A DNA stretch of 31,921 nucleotides from NCBI GenBank assembly GCA_964016885.1, contig CAXHJY010001045.1, positions 1 through 31,921 of the forward strand. The letters are read 5' to 3'. The first letter of the stretch is position 1; each line of letters starts with the position of its first letter. The position numbers and the translations under genes were made by a program. Below, in pieces: positions 12,828 to 31,921 of this stretch. The notes beneath the pieces were generated by a model that made no database searches, was not told the origin of the DNA, and saw only the letters and a list, made by a program, of their open reading frames with translations. The DNA comes from Eledone cirrhosa (lineage: Eukaryota).

Positions 12828-14394
12828 ATCATCATCATCACCGTTTTACGTCCGTTCTTCCACGCTAGCATGGGTTAGACGGGTTGTCCTGTTGTGGGCA
12901 GTGTCTGGTCGGCTGACCATGCCTTGCTCATACAGGAACTGATCTGGTTTGATTTCTACAGCTGGATGCCCTTCCTAACACCAACCTCATTTACAGTGAG
13001 TGCTGGGTGCTTTTTAGTGGCGCCTACACGTCCACTTTACAGTGTGGGCTGGGTGCTTTTTTGCCGTGGCACCTCCACGACCACCTTGCGGTGGGGTGGG
13101 GGGGGGGGCATATTGTTTATATGCTTCAGCATGTACCCATGGGAGGTCGGGTACTCTGTATTACTGCGTGACGCCAGAAGTCACGGTCGTGTGTCATTGA
13201 CTTTGAGAGGTGTAGTTGGGTAAGGTCGGCTTTTATCACCTCATCCCAAGTCATCTTGGGTCTCCCCACTCCGCGGTTTCCATCAACTTCTAGTGCTCTG
13301 CACCTTTTTATGCAGCTGTCATCCTCCATACGCATCACATGTCCATACCAGCGTAACCGCCTCTCCTGCACGCAGCATTTGATTCCTCTTATGCTCAGTC
13401 TCTCTCTCAATTCCTTTATGCTTTGTCGTTCACGTATATTACTGTTACACATCCATTGGAGCATGCAGGCTTCGTTTCTCTCTAATCTACGTAAGTCTTC
13501 CACCTTCAGCGCCCAGGTCTCACTACCATGCAACATCGCTGTTCGGATACACACATCATACAGTCTGCCTTTCATTCTGAGGGAGAAGCCTTTTGCAGCT
13601 AGCAGTGGTAGTAGTTCCCTAAACTTCTTCCATCCCGTTCTTACCCTAGTTATTGTACTTTCTGAGCACCCACCTCCGTTGCTAATTCGGTCACCTAGGT
13701 AGCAGAAACTGTCTACTGTTTCTACAGGGCCCTCCCAGAGATTGGTGGTACTTGTTTCCTGTGGCTGTTTGCTTGCTGTTTCAGCACAGCTGCTGCATGT
13801 GAATCCTACATTCTTAATTAAGCTTCCTGAGATCCCGCTACATCTCTTGTGTACCCATTGTTTGCATTTGGGGCAGAGAATGGAGTTCCTACCTACACCT
13901 TTCCTACATACTGAGCAAGGTCATTTCCCTGAGGGGATCTGGGTTCTGTTTTCTCGTCTACTTATAAGGACCTTAGTCTTTGTCATGTTGACTTTGAGGC
14001 CCTTTCTCTCTAGTCCCTGCTTCCAGGTTTGGAATTTATTCTCTAGTTCTACCATAGATTCAGCTATGAGTGCGAGGTCATCAGCATACAGGAGTTCCCA
14101 TGGGCATCCGGTCTTAAACTCCTCCGTTATTGCCTGCAGGACTATGATGAACAGGAGAGGGCTAAGAACAGAGCCCTGGTGGACCCCAACCTGTACGCTA
14201 AATTCCTCGCTATACTCATTGCCAATCCTAACTTTGCTGACTGCTCCCCTATACATGGCTTGTACCGCTTTCACAAGCCATTCATCTACTCCTAGTTTTC
14301 TAAGAGCCCACCAGATTACTGCACGTGGAACTCTGTCAAAGGCTTTCTCAAGGTCGACAAATGCCAAGTAGAGTGGCTTACTTTTAGCTAGGTA
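12828..14394 (-). mobile_element. RTE sister subfamily B, 5'-truncated (RT core to tail); premature TGA at 13921-13923
   Basis: Motifs [27 protein letters not shown], the same Cys/His finger, HGSETW and GRPK. Many synonymous differences from family A, a related 3' UTR, and an (ATC)n tail at 12828-12840. Confidence 0.94.
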
Positions 14395-15207
<813 letters not shown>

Positions 15208-15543
15208 GGAGGCACATGGCTTAGTGGTTATAGCATTGGCCTTGCAATCGAAAGGTTGTGAGTTCAATTCTCAGACCGGGTGATGTGTTGTTTCCTTGAG
15301 CAAGACACTTTATTTCACATTGCTCCAGTTTACTCAGCTGTAGAAATGAGATGATAGGGACTGGGGTCCCTATCATTCCACTGCAAAGTGGTCGTGGAGG
15401 TGCCACGGCAAAAAAGCACCCAGCACTCACTGTAAATGAGGTTGGTGTTAGGAAGGGCATCCAGCTGTAGAAATCAAGCCAGAACCAGTTCCCGTCCCAC
15501 CCTTGCAAGCAGGGAAAAGCGGACGTAAAATGATGGTGGTGTG

Positions 15544-15545
<2 letters not shown>
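15208..15545 (+). mobile_element. tRNA-derived CORE-type SINE with RTE-shared 3' part (copy 1)
   Basis: A box TGGCTTAGTGG at 15217 and B box GTTCAATTC at 15262. The central CCTTGAGCAAGACACTT...CCAGTTTACTCAGCTGTAGAAATGAG resembles the MIR/CORE domain. The 3' part matches the RTE-B 3' UTR and ends GGACGTAAAATGATGGTGGTGTGAT. Confidence 0.9.
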
Positions 15546-18580
<3,035 letters not shown>

Positions 18581-19324
18581 ACCGTGGACAGCAACATAAG
18601 CTGGACCACGCATATAAGCAGCAAAGTTGACATGGCCCGCAGAATGTGTTCCTGGATCCTCAGAACCTTCCAGTCGAGAGATTCCCGCACCATTATCCTT
18701 CTCTTCTCTACTTTCGCCCGACCACACCTTGAATACTGTTGTCCACTGTGGTCTCCCCACACGAAACAAAGTATCATGAAACTTGAAGCTCCTCAAAGGG
18801 CAATCACGAAAAAGATAGATGGCATGTCAGACCTTGACTACTGGGGTCGATTGGAAAACCTGAAACTTTACTCACTCCAACGTCGCCGTGAGCGTTATAT
18901 TATCTGCATGATGTGGAAAATGTTCCATCATCACTGCCCAAATGATGTTGGCATCGCCTTCAAGATACACCCAAGGCTTGGGCCCCGTGCTATCCGTCCC
19001 ATTCAAAAATCTAAATCGCAACTCATAACAACAATACGGCACAATTATTTCACCTCAATCGGCCCTGCTCTCTTCAACATCACACCAGGACACGTCAAAA
19101 CAGAAACTGACCACACAAAATTCAAGAAGTCTTTGGACAAATTCCTCCAAGTAATCCCGGACAAACCACCCACACCCGGATATGTCTCCGCAAACAGTAA
19201 TTCTCTTCTCGAATGGGCCATGGTGCCCAAATCCTGAATTGAAAGACTTCGCCAGGTGGTGCTATTAAGTTAGACATGGCCTGGGCCAATACTGGCCAAA
19301 ACATTTCAAAGTTATTCAAAGTTA
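18581..19324 (+). mobile_element. CR1-clade LINE, 5'-truncated 3' fragment (long copy)
   Basis: [12 protein letters not shown]...[14 protein letters not shown]...[10 protein letters not shown]...[14 protein letters not shown] is typical of the CR1/L2-group ORF2 C-terminus. Stop at 19237; (TTCAAAGTTA)2 tail. Confidence 0.88.
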
Positions 19325-19972
<648 letters not shown>

Positions 19973-20311
19973 CATTCATTCATTTCATTTTACGTCCGCT
20001 TTTTCCCTGCTTGCAAGGGTGGGACGGGAATTGATTCTGGCTTGATTTCTACAGCTGGATGCCCTTCCTAACACCAACCTCATTTACAGTGAGTGCTGGG
20101 TGCTTTTTTGCCGTGGCACCTCCATGACCACTTTGCAGTGGAATGATATGGACCCCAGTCCCTATCATCTCATTTCTACAGCTGAGTAAACTGGAGCAAT
20201 GTGAAATAAAGTGTCTTGCTCAAGGAAACAACACATCACCCGGTCTGAGAATTGAACTCACAACCTTTCGATTGCAAGGCCAATGCTCTAACCACTAAGC
20301 CATGTGCCTCC
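19973..20311 (-). mobile_element. tRNA/CORE SINE copy 2
   Basis: Reverse complement of 15208-15530 with few substitutions; tail is (GAAT)n-like. Confidence 0.9.
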
Positions 20312-21533
<1,222 letters not shown>

Positions 21534-24326
21534 TATCTATCTATCTATCTAAGGCGGGTAAAATTCCCGAGATCCATGGACGAGTTCTCTCCAGCGGTCT
21601 CTGTCCCTCATTATCGCTGCCATATCCTGCATCTCCAACAGACCAGTGTCTGTCCTTAGGGCATCAACATATGTTAACCTTGGTCTTCCTCTTCTAGTGT
21701 GTCCATGTAGGGGCTCCCAAATGAGCACTGAGTGCAATGTCAACTCTGGATGTCGGTGAGCATGTCCAGCCAACCTCAGTCTCCTCTGTGTCACATTTGA
21801 GCTGACTTTTGGGATGCTCCCATACAGCTCTGAGTTTTTCATCCTCAGTGTATACTGATTAATGTTCAGAGCCATCCTCAGCATTCTCGTGTAGCACCCA
21901 TCCACCATCTGAGTGAGTCTCTTGGTCAGTGTCCAAGTCTCAGACCCATACAGCAGCACAGACTCCACTACAGCAATGAAGAGGCGGATTTTCAGGTCTC
22001 TACGAAGGTCCGACTTCCACACCGATCTCAAGCTGTGACACGCCGCCCAGGCCTTGTTCTTCCTCTCAACCACATCATCCTCCGTATTCCCAATCTTTGC
22101 TCCCAAATACAGGAAGTCCTCAACCAATTCCAGCGGCTTCCCGCCTACATTAGTGATCCCCTCTGGCTTCTCAACATTCTCTACCAGATATTTTGTTTTA
22201 GTCTCATTCATTCTCAGCCCCACACTCATCGACACAGTGTCAATCTCCCGCATCAAATCCTCTGCCTCCTTCACTGTATTTGTCACCAAAACTATGTCGT
22301 CGGCAAATTCAGCATCCGATACCTTTTTCGCCCCAACTCTCCTGCTCTGAGCCGGTGCTACAGTAAAGCCAGTGTCCTGGTGTTTCTCCAGTGCAAGGCG
22401 CATACAATAGTCCACTACGATGATAAAAAGGTAGGGAGCCAATGTATCTCCCTGGAGCACTCCAGCCAGTATCTCAAAGAACTCTGTCATCCCATCAGGT
22501 GTAATGACTTGGGCTTTGGTGTTGGTGTAGAGCAGTGATATCAGGTCCACTATCCTCTTGGGGATTCCATAAGCCTGTAAGATCTTCCATCAGGCAGTAA
22601 CGGTCCACAGAATCAAAGGCCTTCCTAAAGTCAATGAAAACCATGACCGCAGGAAGGCACTTTGCTCTAGCTCCCTCTAATATCCTCCTCAGCATCAGGA
22701 TGTGACTGGTGGTTGATCTACCCTCTCTGAAGCCGTTCTGATTGTCCCTGAGCTTCTTCTCCATCTCAGGCTGGATCCTGTTAAGAATCATCCTGTTGAG
22801 GGTCTTTGCCACAAGTGATGTCAGTGAGATCCCCCGGTAGTTGTTGGTGTTAGAGAGATCTCCCTTCTTTGGCACTGGGACGATGTTACTGATCCTCCAC
22901 TGATTCGGGGCAACTCCTTTCTCCAGTGCCCCGTTACAGAACCCCAAGATGATATCATCAAAATCACACCTCCTCATCACCTCTGATGCCACTCCATTTT
23001 CTCCATGAGCCTTGCCCTCCTTGATCTTCTTCTTGGCTCTCTGAAGCTCCTCTCTGGTGAAGGGCTCTGTCTCAACATCCAGTTCCTCAAACAGCCGCCT
23101 GATCTCCCCAGTGCTCTGGGCTGTGGAGGGTGGCTCTCCTAGTAGGGTCCTAAAATGGTCTAGCCATTTCTTCTTCCTATCCTCGGGCCCCGTTCCCTGG
23201 ATTTGACTCGAACACCTTTTCTTCCTCCCTGTGATCTCGTTGATGATCATCCAGATCTGTCAACCGCTCTCTCCACACTTCTGATCTTCTCTATCAGTGC
23301 CTCCTCTCTGACCTCAGTGTAAGCGGTACAGAGCTCTTCCCTCATCACCTCCACAGTCTCCATCCTCTCCTCCATAGGATCAGCATAGAATTGGTCCCTG
23401 GCAGCTTTCAGGTGTTCTCTGGCTGCACACACTTTTGGGTTTGCAGAGCTGACGTGCTTCCCTTTGTTCTTTTTCCTCGGCACCAGGGTTTCACTTGCTT
23501 TCGCCACTGCATTGGTGAAGTGCCCGTACCTCCTCGTCACACTCTCCTCAGTCCATCCAATCTCTCTCTCCTCTGACTCTCCACACAGAGCACTAAACCT
23601 GTTTCTCACTTCCACTGTGAACCTCTCCTGTAGCTTATCATCTTCCTTGAAAGCTCCCCAGTCATAGATTGTTCTCCGGGGCTGAGCCTTGCTCTTTCTT
23701 AAGCTCACGCGGACCTCACTCATAACAAGCCGGTGGTCACTACCCAGTGTACTGAAATAGCTGTATGGTTCCGTGTTCAGAACACTATTCCGCCACTTTT
23801 TCCTCACCAGAATGAAATCAATCTGGGACTTGGACAGGTGCATATCTGAGATGTAGGTCCACATCTTCCCCAGATTCTTCCTAAACCTTAGGTTGGTCGC
23901 CATCAAGTTCGCCTCCAGGAGGGTGTCTCTCAGTAGTCTTCCATTTCGGTTGGTGTTGTTATGGAAGTACCAGCAAGGATCTTCACTGCCCTCCTTACTC
24001 AGATGTGCATTGAAGTCCCCCAAAACAAGCAGGATATTGTGTGCCTGAGTGGTGTTGACAGCTCTACACACCTCCTCATGGAACTCCTCGGCATTCACAT
24101 CACTGTCCCCCTCGGTTGGACTATAGGCTGAGATGACTGTCAGTCTTGGGTTTCCATTGAAGGTCACCCTCAACACTCGCGGGGAGATAGGCATTATTTC
24201 CATCACCAACAGATTGGTTTTTGCACTGAACACAAAACCCACTCCTCCCACTGCAGCATTTGTTGTGTTCTTCACTGCCGATGTAGTGATGAGCTGGCTC
24301 TTCCTCCCGATCATCACACTCCTCAC
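21534..24326 (-). mobile_element. Unrelated RTE-like LINE (family C), non-inverted 3' portion; ORF broken by two frameshifts
   Basis: APE motifs SAYSPT, GDFNAH, SQIDFILV and SDH (23247..24326). RT motifs VPVPKKGD, NYRGISL, QNGFR and DFRKAFD (22495..23250). GVLQGDTLAPYLF, FADD, FLYLG, LLYGSETW and GRPR (21549..22550). (TAGA)n tail at 21534-21551. Confidence 0.92.
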
Positions 24327-24830
24327 GGGTATGACATTAAACTACATCCAGTGGCAAGGCTCCAGTTCGGGAGTTCAGGAGATGTGGGGAATGTGGAGTT
24401 ACCCCTTAGTTGTCATGACTCCCAGGTCTGCCCTGGCCCGGGGTGGTAGTACCTGTTAGGGCTCCATTTATGGGTTAAATAACTACCTTATTCGAGTGGC
24501 GCCGTAAGGTATTGTCAGCCATTGAAAAGAAATATGGAGAGTCGATCTAACAGCACTAGGGTTAGAGCCCCTAATTACACTGTCAAGGAGCAGCCTGGTC
24601 GTTATGACTCTGCTGGCTTAGAGCCACAGAGAGGGCCAGTGGATGATGGATCAGCTGTCTCTGAGACAAATATAAAGAATACAGTTTTGTCCTGCAGAAG
24701 AGCCATTAAAGTGGGCACTCTGAATATGAGGACACTTTGGACACTGGAGAAGAGAGAGGAGTTGGGTCATCTGTTCGGGGAGAGGAGTATACAGATACTT
24801 GCGATCCAAGAACACAGGATTCTACACGAT
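24327..24830 (+). mobile_element. Inverted 5' segment of the family C element (5' UTR plus ORF start plus APE N-terminus)
   Basis: ATG at 24534 opens ...[11 protein letters not shown]...[12 protein letters not shown], which are exactly the APE motifs missing from the adjacent minus-strand ORF. Confidence 0.85.
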
Positions 24831-29373
<4,543 letters not shown>

Positions 29374-29377
29374 ATAT

Positions 29378-29419
29378 GTCGTGTAGGTGTCACGACAAAA
29401 AAACACACAGTCCACGCTG
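29378..29419 (+). other. Second orphan RTE 3' UTR fragment, immediately after the A3 tail
   Basis: Same sequence and same junctions as 20857-20899. Confidence 0.92.

Positions 29420-31921
<2,502 letters not shown>

Noticed and set aside
15208-15280. Functional tRNA gene
   Set aside because: It has A and B boxes but no proper acceptor or anticodon stems, and it continues into a CORE domain and LINE tail, so it is a SINE head.

Overview
This is eukaryotic repeat-rich DNA with no host genes. A cephalopod or other mollusc origin is inferred from the CORE-type tRNA SINE with an RTE-shared tail, but not proven. Roughly half of the window is a strand-polarised (TA)nCA / (TA)nTG microsatellite matrix. 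Embedded in it are three near-identical copies of one RTE-clade LINE (APE endonuclease, RT and an inserted C4HC3 PHD-like finger), a fragment of a sister RTE subfamily, a second unrelated RTE-like element whose 5' part is inverted, two identical CR1-clade 3' fragments, and two tRNA/CORE SINEs. The most notable observations are: (1) a 250-bp tandem array that is an amplified piece of the RTE 5' UTR; (2) twin-priming-like 5' inversion geometry in an RTE; (3) two hammerhead-ribozyme motifs in the only unique island (7217-8208); (4) long palindromes and copied variant cassettes hidden in the microsatellite; (5) three different in-frame deletions and a 5' chimera among the RTE copies. All poly-YI ORFs are microsatellite artefacts.
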